This document shows, one piece after another, positions 1 through 8,700 of a stretch of DNA of 29,733 nucleotides. Source of the stretch: a virus (taxonomy: Duplodnaviria; Caudoviricetes); IMG/VR virus record IMGVR_UViG_3300020045_006707, positions 1-29,733 of that record, one strand, 5' to 3'. Both the position numbers and the translations under genes were made by a program. The notes under the pieces were generated by a model. It worked only from the letters and a program-made list of their open reading frames with translations. It had not been told where the DNA came from and did no database searches. Positions within the stretch are counted from its first letter, which is position 1. Every line of letters starts with the position of its first letter.

Positions 1-384
1 AGTATTTGTAGTTGTTGTGGTTACTGTAGTCTGATATAATTCGGTGATTCCAGTTGATGAAAATACAGCAGATGCCGATCCAGAAATTGAACCAAGTTGG
101 TCTAAATCATCTAATGATGCAGCATCGGTAACAACAATAGATTTTGTTCCAGTTGTGTATGTTCCCCCTGGAATAGATAATGTCATACTTGCAAATCCAA
201 CAGAATCTGTGTATACAGTTGTTCCTGAATTTACAAGATGATTCACATTATCAGTATCAAAAAATACATTCAGGGCCGTATTTGGTCTTGCATCTGTCAA
301 AGACAACGTAAGAACAATTGGGCGAATGAATGCAATTGATTGAAGACTAACAAGATTTCGGGTTGATTCTGTACGGGTTACCAT
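1..384 (-). CDS. Virion structural protein, C-terminal half of a DUF4815/VrlC-like protein (runs off the window's left edge; not in the ORF track)
   Basis: My translation from ATG at 384 is open to base 1: MVTRTESTRNLVSLQSIAFIRPIVLTLSLTDARPNTALNVFFDTDNVNHL... The 'FIRP..L....RPNT.L.VFFD...V' pattern resembles the second half of T4-like DUF4815 proteins. A GTTAAATA box lies at 414-407. Confidence 0.7.
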   Translation of the reverse strand, partial: MVTRTESTRNLVSLQSIAFIRPIVLTLSLTDARPNTALNVFFDTDNVNHLVNSGTTVYTDSVGFASMTLSIPGGTYTTGTKSIVVTDAASLDDLDQLGSISGSASAVFSSTGITELYQTTVTTTTTNT

Positions 385-409
385 AGTGTTTTCTTTAAAG
401 TTTTATTAT

Positions 410-3400
410 TTAACCAAACGTATTACCTAGACCACTAAGTCCACCAGCACTATTATTGGTTTCGCCAGATGGCGCGTTTCCATCATTTGTACTTCCCATG
501 GTTCCAAACCCATCATTAAGACCAATTAATCCACTTAATGCATCTTGAGTAGTACCCAACGTACCCCATCCATCATTAAGACCAATTAATCCAGTAATCC
601 CATCCATTACCGCCTGTTGATCAGTAAATCCCTGATTAAATGACCCATTAGAACCCCCAAAATTTGTTGTATCAGGGGGGGTAACCCAACGATTGACCAC
701 AACTGTTTCTGTCACTTCATTAAAAATACTTGGTAGATCAATCATATCAACCCAATAATCATTATTTGGGGTACATGTCAAAATACCATTCCATTTAATG
801 ATCAAGAATGGATTGATGTTCGTTACCCTTGATGACAATGGTTGTTGGGCATAAACTACTTCTGAATATGGTAATGAAAGTTTACCATTTGTATTCATAT
901 AATGATTAGACAATCCAGTATTCAAAGTAACAACACAATCCATTTTTTCCATTGCTGGCATCAAATACCCCTTATCAAAAGTAGCTTTGAATTGGTTTGA
1001 ATTTGCATCTGCAATTTGGAATGGGGTATCAAAATTTTCAACCAAATATCCAGTTTTATACCTTGATAATCCAGTTGCAGCATCAAGAACTTCCAGATTA
1101 ACAACGGTAGATTCAACTGCATTCAAAGTTGAATATTCTTCTAATGTTGTGATGCGATTGGACAATGCAGCAATGTCTTTCATTGTATAACGATCAACCG
1201 CTAATCTATATCGACGTATATCAGAAACTGATGCAGTATAAGCAGGAACAAAGAAATATTCTGTTGCCAAGGCATTCACGGGCGTAACAGGAACCTTTGG
1301 GGTTTCCGATGGGGTTCCTTGGATGACAGAAAGAACGCCATTCTTATTCAGGGTTACTAAATCATATCTTGGAACGTAATATTGAACTGATGATGAAAAT
1401 AGTTCATCCCCAACCAAAATATCAATCAGGGAAGTAGCATTGGTGAAATTACTATCCCCATAGTTACTTGATGGTCTTGCATCAACACAATTAGTTAGGT
1501 CAAATACAGTACCCGATGAAATACTCTTATACGATAAGGTAAAATCTTCATACCCAACATTGTTCTTGTATGAATCCACCGTAAAGAAATCACCTCCCCC
1601 ATGGACAAAATACTTACCAATGACAGTAATGTTTCCAGTTGGGGTTGGGGCATTAGTCTTTAGGGTTAATGTTCCCCGATTGTATGAATAATCAGTCTGT
1701 CCATTGTTTACAACATAATGGGATAGAAAATCTACATTTAACGAATCCTTAATCGATGTAATTGTATAGATATCAGTAAATGGTAGGGTAACAACAGTTC
1801 TTGCTGGACTTGAAATAAGTTCATTTAAATCAGTCAAAGTTTTTGTTTTTGCTGGAACTGCATCTTTATCAACAATAGCAAAACATGTAATGTTTGTCGA
1901 TAGAAAATTTCCTTGTCCATCAAATGATAAAGTATTTGACCCGAGTACATCAAACAATGTACTTGGAACTACCCCATTTGAGTCAAACGCTAAGAAAGTT
2001 CCAACATTAATTGCCCGTAAAGTCCCAGTCGTACTAACAGAACCGATTCCTGAACTGTTTGTTGTCAAAGTCAATTCTTTCCAGACAGTATAACTTGAAT
2101 CGACAACATTTGATCCATTAGTCAATGATTTTGTGTTAGAAACCGGAATTGGGAAAATGGCAATTGGGGTTCCTGTTGAAAAATAGGTCAATCTATTCTT
2201 GACAATCGTTGAAACAGATGTTCCAGTATCAACAATCAAATCCCCTGATCTTGGGGTAGATTTTGTCGAATCACTTTTGTGAACATACAATTCTCCCATG
2301 ATATAATCCCAATACCTGATTGATGCTTTTCTGGTTGGGGAACCAGATGCCCCAACATAAACGGTATTATCAGCAACAAGATCAGATGTAACCGTAAATG
2401 AACCAGAACCCAAGGGAGCATTTAGAATTTGACAAACGATAGCAGTAATACCAGATGCTCGGATTCCCCCAACATCATCCATCGTAAATGTCGCATCAAA
2501 AACTACATCAGTAACCCAAAGTTTATAAATTGTTTTATGTAAATTTGGAGCCCCAATATGATAATCAATCGCCTGAACCCTTGCTGTTCCAATCTTATCT
2601 CCCCCAGTAGTGGATGATACATTCCAAAGGTCAATAGATTGTTTTGTTCTAATGGAAAGATTGCCTGTTAGATCAGAAATCAAGATATAACGACCAAATG
2701 TTGGGCGCATATCAATGTATTTTACTTTGGTATGTTCAGCAGTTCTTGCTTTAGGAAGAACAACATCAGTCTGGGCTAATTTTTCAGTTTCGAATCCCCC
2801 AACGTATGCTTTTCCAGATGAAACAGAAAGTACAAAGTTTGATCTTGAACCAGATGCGGTCAATCCCCCATTACCCCGTTCTTTAAGATGTTCTCTTGCT
2901 TTTCCAACCAATCCAGAAACAACGTAATCCCCAGATTCATCATATGTTCTTCGGGCCAAACTTTTTTCTAATTCATTGTATTTTGGGGTTCTTGCATGTT
3001 CTTCAATAACCCCCAGATTCAACCGCATGATTTCAACATAATCATCCGTGATTACTGAATCATATGGTAAAGTAGTCAGAGTCAAAGAAATCTTTAGACG
3101 ATCTGAACCGGGGGCAGCAAAGTTATATGAACCTTGGGCTGGATCAAGAAGACTTGCATCAGAATCAGACGTAACAAATGTTTCGCTAATTTGTAACAAA
3201 ACTTTACATGATGGGGTATTGCTATACTTACTAATGATGATAGTCTGTTTAGAAACAGAAACAAATGTTCCATTCACATAATAAACCCCATCATTGATAT
3301 GAACCAATGAACCAAGACCCTTTGTCGCCATTACAAATGTTTTAAGAACTGTCCCAACAGAATCTTGAATCTGAATAGATTCCCCAATCTGAAATTCATT

Positions 3401-3799
3401 GAACCCTGTTGGTTCATCAGCAATGATACCCCCCGAAATATAATTCAGATATAATGTATCAGGTTCAGTTAGGGTTAATGTTGCTGACGCTTTGACAATC
3501 GCCTTTACCCCTGATGTTACCCCATATGCAATTTTACCAACCACATTCGAAAGATCAACTGTTGGATTCAGGGTAATATATGGAACTGATAATTCAGCCA
3601 TAGAATTACCAGGAATGACAATTGATCCTTGTTGAAAAACATGATTCCCAAATTTAGCAATCTGATTCTTCAGAATAGATTGAACTTGGGTTAGTTCTCT
3701 TGCTTGAACAGACGTACCCGGACGAAACAAAATCTGATGATAGTTTTTAAATTCATCAAAATCATCATAATAAGGGGCAACATTTAAATTTTTTGTCAT
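410..3799 (-). CDS. Large virion structural protein, DUF4815/VrlC-like (N-terminal part)
   Basis: Hallmark motifs NLNVAPYYDDFD, ILFRPG.SVQARELTQ.QSIL, APGSDRLKI, LARRTYDESGDY, YKTGYLVENF and NINPF. It lies directly downstream of gp8. Confidence 0.85.
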   Translation of the reverse strand: MTKNLNVAPYYDDFDEFKNYHQILFRPGTSVQARELTQVQSILKNQIAKFGNHVFQQGSIVIPGNSMAELSVPYITLNPTVDLSNVVGKIAYGVTSGVKAIVKASATLTLTEPDTLYLNYISGGIIADEPTGFNEFQIGESIQIQDSVGTVLKTFVMATKGLGSLVHINDGVYYVNGTFVSVSKQTIIISKYSNTPSCKVLLQISETFVTSDSDASLLDPAQGSYNFAAPGSDRLKISLTLTTLPYDSVITDDYVEIMRLNLGVIEEHARTPKYNELEKSLARRTYDESGDYVVSGLVGKAREHLKERGNGGLTASGSRSNFVLSVSSGKAYVGGFETEKLAQTDVVLPKARTAEHTKVKYIDMRPTFGRYILISDLTGNLSIRTKQSIDLWNVSSTTGGDKIGTARVQAIDYHIGAPNLHKTIYKLWVTDVVFDATFTMDDVGGIRASGITAIVCQILNAPLGSGSFTVTSDLVADNTVYVGASGSPTRKASIRYWDYIMGELYVHKSDSTKSTPRSGDLIVDTGTSVSTIVKNRLTYFSTGTPIAIFPIPVSNTKSLTNGSNVVDSSYTVWKELTLTTNSSGIGSVSTTGTLRAINVGTFLAFDSNGVVPSTLFDVLGSNTLSFDGQGNFLSTNITCFAIVDKDAVPAKTKTLTDLNELISSPARTVVTLPFTDIYTITSIKDSLNVDFLSHYVVNNGQTDYSYNRGTLTLKTNAPTPTGNITVIGKYFVHGGGDFFTVDSYKNNVGYEDFTLSYKSISSGTVFDLTNCVDARPSSNYGDSNFTNATSLIDILVGDELFSSSVQYYVPRYDLVTLNKNGVLSVIQGTPSETPKVPVTPVNALATEYFFVPAYTASVSDIRRYRLAVDRYTMKDIAALSNRITTLEEYSTLNAVESTVVNLEVLDAATGLSRYKTGYLVENFDTPFQIADANSNQFKATFDKGYLMPAMEKMDCVVTLNTGLSNHYMNTNGKLSLPYSEVVYAQQPLSSRVTNINPFLIIKWNGILTCTPNNDYWVDMIDLPSIFNEVTETVVVNRWVTPPDTTNFGGSNGSFNQGFTDQQAVMDGITGLIGLNDGWGTLGTTQDALSGLIGLNDGFGTMGSTNDGNAPSGETNNSAGGLSGLGNTFG
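510..593 (-). repeat. 24-bp direct repeat with 60-bp period in the low-complexity C-terminal tail
   Basis: ccatcattaagaccaattaatcca occurs at 510-533 and 570-593, encoding GLIGLNDG twice. Confidence 0.9.
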
Positions 3800-3801
3800 T
3801 T

Positions 3802-5646
3802 TTAGAACCGAATGAAAGTTTTAACAGTAATACCTTGAACATTTGAAAATACGAACGGGGGTTCATTTGAAATATACAAAAGATCACCACTATACTTATT
3901 TAGAATAGGATTTGAAAGTACAGAAGATACGATATATGTTCTTCCTGAATTATCCGTTGCTGTTAATGTACCTGATGGAATATGATAATTAGAATTCATT
4001 TGTTGAAGATGTACTGTATTACCTTCAAAATACACCACCCGATAAACATAAGTTCCAATCATCAGAATTTCGTCAACGATCATTCCAATCGTATTATTAA
4101 GAACAACTTCAAACACATTGAAATCATAATCTGCGGTTGAAATCTTATCGGTTCCGATATTAGATGGTTGATGTATCAATCCAAACTGTCTAAAGTCTTG
4201 ACTGTATCTTGTCAGGAGATTATCTGTTCTCAAAGACGAAACCATTCCAATCGTGTCACAGTACAATTCAGCAACAGCATCAAAACCATGACCTTTATAA
4301 GGAGGAAATATTGCATATGCAGCAGCATTTTCGTATCCCATTAAATCTGATCTTGTCGAATCAGTAATGATGATAGATGCATATGTGTAATTCTGACCAT
4401 ATTGACCAACATTCATTGTAATCTTTGTGATCATACCATCAAGAACAGTGGCTGTTGCAACAGCCCCGTTACCATCCCCAACAATCTGAACTGTAGTCAT
4501 ATTGGTGTAACCAGTTCCAGCATTGGTCATTTTGATGGAATAGATAGCCCCAGCAACACAATTCTGCTCAACAATTGATTGATCAGAAATTATTTCTGAT
4601 GCAGCATAAACAGGATAAAGAATCGCCCCCGATCCAGAACCAATTGCGGTGATTTCCATGTTGGTATAACCTGACCCCACTTCATCAACAACAACATCAA
4701 CAATAGCCCCAGAAGTGTCTATAACAGGGCTTAGAACAGTCCCAGAACCGTCCCCAGTCACTTGAATTACGGTGCTGGTATCATAGGGGTAACCAACCCC
4801 AGGATCACGAACTAAGACCCGTTTAATCGATCCTGCATCTACTACTGCTTCCAAGATTGCAGAAGAATTTCCAGAATATAATCCATCAACAACAGTTCCC
4901 AATGGAACATTTATTGAAATTGTGGTAGAATTATTATATCCGGTTCCAGCATCTTCAATGTAAACATCTACAATAGAACCAGTTGATCTTGAAATTTTCG
5001 GAATCAGAATTGCCCCCGTTCCAATACCAGAAACAGAAAGGGTAGTTTCAGCAAGATCAACATAACCTGAACCAGATTCCAAAACAGAAACAGAATCAAT
5101 CGACCCATTATTATAAAATGAATCGGTCATTGCTTTCTGAACAGGAATATAATTGGTTGTGGAAAATCTATTGACTTTGAAATTTGGAATCTCATACATA
5201 TACTTCCAAATATACCCATCAGCAAGAACAATTGGATCAAGAGAATTTCCGGTTGGTTTAATTAATGAAATTGATGGGGCGATATTATTAGAATTATTGC
5301 TTAGACATTTATAAACTTTATTTTCATCAGTAACCACATAGAAATTAGTTCCTTTCATTTCAAGGGTATCATCCCATTGGGTATATGTTGTCGTTGAAAC
5401 CCAATCAAATCTTGGAATAACTAATGTGACATCATTAGGAAGAATCTTTTTACAATAAACTACGTTATTCCTAGTAGCAGTATCATGTTCATATGTAGTT
5501 GGAATCAGATCGGGGATTTCGCTTGAATTCCATTCTTCTAACTTACCAAGAAAGTAATAGTAATTTGATTTCTTATACTGAATATCCTTTAGAATCGTTG
5601 ATGCTAAAGATTTTCGGAATTGGGGGCGAATTGAATGAATGGACAT
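3802..5646 (-). CDS. gp8: Baseplate wedge protein (T4 gp8-like) with inserted GxGY beta repeats
   Basis: Motifs FYVVTDENKVYKCLSN, DGYIWKYMY, GHGFDAVAEL, DFRQFGLI and KYSGDLLYISN, plus several GSGY/GTGY repeats. Confidence 0.9.
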   Translation of the reverse strand: MSIHSIRPQFRKSLASTILKDIQYKKSNYYYFLGKLEEWNSSEIPDLIPTTYEHDTATRNNVVYCKKILPNDVTLVIPRFDWVSTTTYTQWDDTLEMKGTNFYVVTDENKVYKCLSNNSNNIAPSISLIKPTGNSLDPIVLADGYIWKYMYEIPNFKVNRFSTTNYIPVQKAMTDSFYNNGSIDSVSVLESGSGYVDLAETTLSVSGIGTGAILIPKISRSTGSIVDVYIEDAGTGYNNSTTISINVPLGTVVDGLYSGNSSAILEAVVDAGSIKRVLVRDPGVGYPYDTSTVIQVTGDGSGTVLSPVIDTSGAIVDVVVDEVGSGYTNMEITAIGSGSGAILYPVYAASEIISDQSIVEQNCVAGAIYSIKMTNAGTGYTNMTTVQIVGDGNGAVATATVLDGMITKITMNVGQYGQNYTYASIIITDSTRSDLMGYENAAAYAIFPPYKGHGFDAVAELYCDTIGMVSSLRTDNLLTRYSQDFRQFGLIHQPSNIGTDKISTADYDFNVFEVVLNNTIGMIVDEILMIGTYVYRVVYFEGNTVHLQQMNSNYHIPSGTLTATDNSGRTYIVSSVLSNPILNKYSGDLLYISNEPPFVFSNVQGITVKTFIRF

Positions 5647-5669
5647 ATTTTTATGGTAGATTGTTGATC

Positions 5670-5692
5670 TATTTAGGGAAGTTTACTAAATA
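5670..5692. promoter_or_regulatory. Back-to-back late promoter boxes for gp8 (minus) and phoH (plus)
   Basis: CCTAAATA on minus at 5677-5670 and ACTAAATA on plus at 5685-5692. Both resemble the T4 late box TATAAATA. Confidence 0.7.
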
Positions 5693-5766
5693 CAATTAAG
5701 AAGACTTCAAAACTTCTGTTCCCAATGGTATACCATTGGTTCTTATTTACAACAAGGAAATTATAA

Positions 5767-6642
5767 ATGCTTAAAAAATCTAAAATTCTGGCGCGTCGTA
5801 CAAGTAGTTCTCGTAATGTAAAGCCAATTTTGGAAGATTTCGATTCAGATACTATTAATAAATTGAATCAGTTGAATAGATTGGATAGGAAGAAGAAGCA
5901 GATTGTTAAGAAGGGGATTGGCCTCACAAATGTGACTGATCTCATTGTTCCTAAGAATAGGCAGAAAACAATTAATCTAACCGATATGAAGGATATCAAA
6001 CCCCTAACTAATACCCAACAAGAAGTTTTTGATGCATGGAAAGATAATTGGGCAACTGCATATGTTTTGCACGGAAGTGCTGGAACCGGAAAATCAATGG
6101 TTTCAACGGCATTGGCCCTGAAAGAAGTATTGCGTAAAGATAGTGAATATGACAAAGTTATTATTATCCGCGCAATTAATAGTATCAGAGATCTAGGTGC
6201 CCTTCCTGGCTCTTTGGAAGAACGTACTTTATTGTGGACAATCCCAATTGTTGATATTTGTTCTGATCTTTTTGGGTTCAAAGGGGCTTATGATAAGTTG
6301 GTTGAACAAGGAAAGATTGAATTCATGACAACATCGGTACTGAGAGGGTTATCCTTCCATCGGGCAATTGTCATCCTCGAAGAATTTCAGTGCCTTAACT
6401 GGTCTGAAATTAATACCGTTATGGGGAGAATTGGCTCAGGGACAAAAATCTTCATTAATGGTGATTTTTTACAGAATGATTTGGTAGTAAAGAAGAACGA
6501 TGTTAGTGGATATGATGATTTTATGGCAGTAGCAAAAAATATTCCCGAAATCAAAATGTTCAAGTTTACTCCGGAAGATTGCGTTAGGTCAGGTTTTGCG
6601 AGATCGTGGCTGAAAAGTTGTGAGTCTTTGGGTATCATTTAA
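5767..6642 (+). CDS. phoH: PhoH family ATPase
   Basis: Walker A GSAGTGKS, LGALPGSLEE, LRGLSF, EEFQ, GRIG.GTKI..NGD..Q.DL and EDCVRSG. SD AAGGA upstream. Confidence 0.93.
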   Translation: MLKKSKILARRTSSSRNVKPILEDFDSDTINKLNQLNRLDRKKKQIVKKGIGLTNVTDLIVPKNRQKTINLTDMKDIKPLTNTQQEVFDAWKDNWATAYVLHGSAGTGKSMVSTALALKEVLRKDSEYDKVIIIRAINSIRDLGALPGSLEERTLLWTIPIVDICSDLFGFKGAYDKLVEQGKIEFMTTSVLRGLSFHRAIVILEEFQCLNWSEINTVMGRIGSGTKIFINGDFLQNDLVVKKNDVSGYDDFMAVAKNIPEIKMFKFTPEDCVRSGFARSWLKSCESLGII

Positions 6643-6700
6643 TAAATATTTCATAAGACACCATTCTGATCAGAATGGTGTCGCAGGTGTTGGGAAGCAA

Positions 6701-6731
6701 ACTAAATATATGTATATAAACTACATATATT
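6701..6731 (+). promoter_or_regulatory. Late promoter overlapping a hairpin over the translation initiation region
   Basis: ACTAAATA at 6701-6708. A 10-bp stem pairs 6705-6714 with 6722-6731 and ends 3 nt before the ATG at 6735. Confidence 0.65.
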
Positions 6732-6734
6732 AAC

Positions 6735-7991
6735 ATGAAATACACTAATGACGAATTCACAAAACTTTTAGCATCATCTGAACGAAATCGCAAAAAGAAG
6801 AAATGCTTTCCCGATTTTTGGCTAAAAAGAAATTATCTACCAGAACGGGCAACTGAACTAGCATTTAAGTTTTTCACAAATACGATCACCCCCGAAGAAC
6901 TATCAATGACTCTTGTAGCGCAATGTACAAAAATTGAATTTTGGATAATACGGGGATATTCGGAAAAAGACTCTATCCAAATGGTAAGCAACATACAAAC
7001 ACAAAATTCATATAAGTATGTGAATAAGTATTCTAAAGAGGAACGAAAAGAAAAGAATCACACTTGTATAGAATATTATCTGTCTAAAAATTATTCATTA
7101 GAAGAAGCTACCAGTATATTATCAGAACGCCAATCTACGTTTTCATTGGAAAAATGTATTTCGCGTTATGGTATAGAAGAAGGAACAACAGTCTTCAACA
7201 ATCGTCAAGTGCTATGGCAAAACACATTAAAAGCAAAACCACAAGAAGAAATTGATTTGATCAATGCATCTAAAGCTGTTTCATTAGAAGGACTTTGTAA
7301 TAAATATGGAGTGGAACAAGGTACAGTAAAATATAATGCGTGGTGTGATGCGCATAGATTTACATTTGAATATTGTAAACAAGTTTATGGTGAAGAAATT
7401 GGTTTAGAAAAATATAATGCCCTTAAACTAAAATTGAGTGTGTCATTGGATGGTTTCATACAAAAATATGGGAAAGAACAAGGGACAATACGACATAATG
7501 AATACAAAAATAAAGCAGGACATTCGCTTGATAAATATATAGCGAGATATGGTGATATAGAAGGAACACTAAAGTACGAAGATTATATCGTAAGCCGAAG
7601 CAGATTCTATTCTGATGAATCACTAAAATATTTTAGAACATTCATACCACAAGATATTTTATCAATGTCAAAATATGGGGAAAATGAACTATTATTATGG
7701 GATAAAAGTGAATCGATACATAGAATATTTTTCTATGATTTTACCTTCAAAGATGTTATTGTTGAATATCATGGGCATATGTTTCATGCAAATCCAAAAT
7801 TACCAATTGAAAAATTAATGGAATGGAAAAATCCATTCAACAAAAATATAACATATACAGAATCTATTGCACTTGATGAAAGAAAAAGAAAAAATGCGAT
7901 CAATCATGGGTATAAATATTTTGAAATTTACAGCAATGATAGCGAAGATTACAATTCAATCATCAAACAACAAATTTTAGATGCGTTTTAA
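6735..7991 (+). CDS. Putative free-standing homing endonuclease with a C-terminal Vsr/DUF559-like nuclease domain and repeated helical motifs
   Basis: C-terminal YDF....VIVEYHG..FHANP...DERK...A..HGY..FEIY. Five SL......YG.E.G-type repeats. It appears more AT-rich than its neighbours. Confidence 0.7.
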   Translation: MKYTNDEFTKLLASSERNRKKKKCFPDFWLKRNYLPERATELAFKFFTNTITPEELSMTLVAQCTKIEFWIIRGYSEKDSIQMVSNIQTQNSYKYVNKYSKEERKEKNHTCIEYYLSKNYSLEEATSILSERQSTFSLEKCISRYGIEEGTTVFNNRQVLWQNTLKAKPQEEIDLINASKAVSLEGLCNKYGVEQGTVKYNAWCDAHRFTFEYCKQVYGEEIGLEKYNALKLKLSVSLDGFIQKYGKEQGTIRHNEYKNKAGHSLDKYIARYGDIEGTLKYEDYIVSRSRFYSDESLKYFRTFIPQDILSMSKYGENELLLWDKSESIHRIFFYDFTFKDVIVEYHGHMFHANPKLPIEKLMEWKNPFNKNITYTESIALDERKRKNAINHGYKYFEIYSNDSEDYNSIIKQQILDAF

Positions 7992-7997
7992 CAAAAC

Positions 7998-8027
7998 TTC
8001 ATTCATTCCCCAAAACCATGTTATAAT
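7998..8027 (+). promoter_or_regulatory. Sigma70-like early promoter with extended -10
   Basis: TG-T-TATAAT at 8019-8027, with TTCATT 18 bp upstream of the -10 hexamer. Confidence 0.5.
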
Positions 8028-8060
8028 CTCCCCACAACAAAATTCCTTGTTGTCTTTACT

Positions 8061-8306
8061 ATGGAACTAAAAATGACCAAACCTTCTTCTAAAACTTCAA
8101 AATTCCTTTCTGCTTTGTCTTCTGGTCGTACTATCACCCGAAAACAAGCACGGGCTATGTTTAAACTTTCTAATCCTTCATCTGCCATTCATACGTTCAT
8201 TGAACGCGGTCATGAAGTAGATCGGGAATACACTGTTAAGACTACAAAAAAGAAAGCTACTGGTAAGAAGGTGACTACTCGTACAGTTCGGTATAACTTT
8301 GTCTAA
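8061..8306 (+). CDS. Small basic winged-HTH DNA-binding protein (start may be 8073)
   Basis: FLSALSSGRTITRKQARAMFKLSNPSSAIHTFIERGHEV fits a small wHTH pattern, followed by a Lys-rich wing. Confidence 0.6.
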   Translation: MELKMTKPSSKTSKFLSALSSGRTITRKQARAMFKLSNPSSAIHTFIERGHEVDREYTVKTTKKKATGKKVTTRTVRYNFV

Positions 8307-8314
8307 GGACGAAA

Positions 8315-8635
8315 ATGGCTTATGCAACTATGACCCTTACTAATGGTATGGAAACTAAGAAGGTTCCTTTGGGATTTTCTTGGACAACTGCGTTTTGGGG
8401 TGGCATTCCAGCGTTAATTCGTCAAGATTGGATTTGGGGCATCTGTATTGTGATTTCCTGTATGGCAACTTATGGTCTTGCTGGAATTGTTGCAGCATTC
8501 TTTTACAACAAAGTCTATGCGAAGAATCTTTTCGACAAAGGTTTCAAAGTACAAGAACTTCCATCCGGTTATACTGAATCTCATGTAAAAGAATATCTTG
8601 GATTCACGAATCTACCGTTTGCTGATCGGGCTTAA
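8315..8635 (+). CDS. Small membrane protein, HrgC/DUF2628-like
   Basis: K.VPLGFSWTT.FWG..PAL.R.DW, two hydrophobic segments, then FFYNK.Y...L...GF. SD AAGGA. Confidence 0.7.
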   Translation: MAYATMTLTNGMETKKVPLGFSWTTAFWGGIPALIRQDWIWGICIVISCMATYGLAGIVAAFFYNKVYAKNLFDKGFKVQELPSGYTESHVKEYLGFTNLPFADRA

Positions 8636-8647
8636 TCGGGCTTTAGC

Positions 8648-8686
8648 CCTAAATAGAAAGGATTCAAGTTGTTTTGAATCCTTTCT
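8648..8686 (+). promoter_or_regulatory. Late promoter abutting a 13-bp hairpin (possible terminator of upstream transcripts)
   Basis: CCTAAATA at 8648-8655. Stem agaaaggattcaa (8655-8667) pairs with ttgaatcctttct (8674-8686) and is followed by TTATTT. Confidence 0.6.
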
Positions 8687-8700
8687 TTATTTGGAGTTCT

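Noticed and set aside
44-5699. Short alternative-frame ORFs overlapping the DUF4815-like and gp8 genes (44, 987, 1890, 2236, 2715, 3048, 5499)
   Set aside because: They are antisense or off-frame shadows of well-supported genes, with no motifs or RBS.
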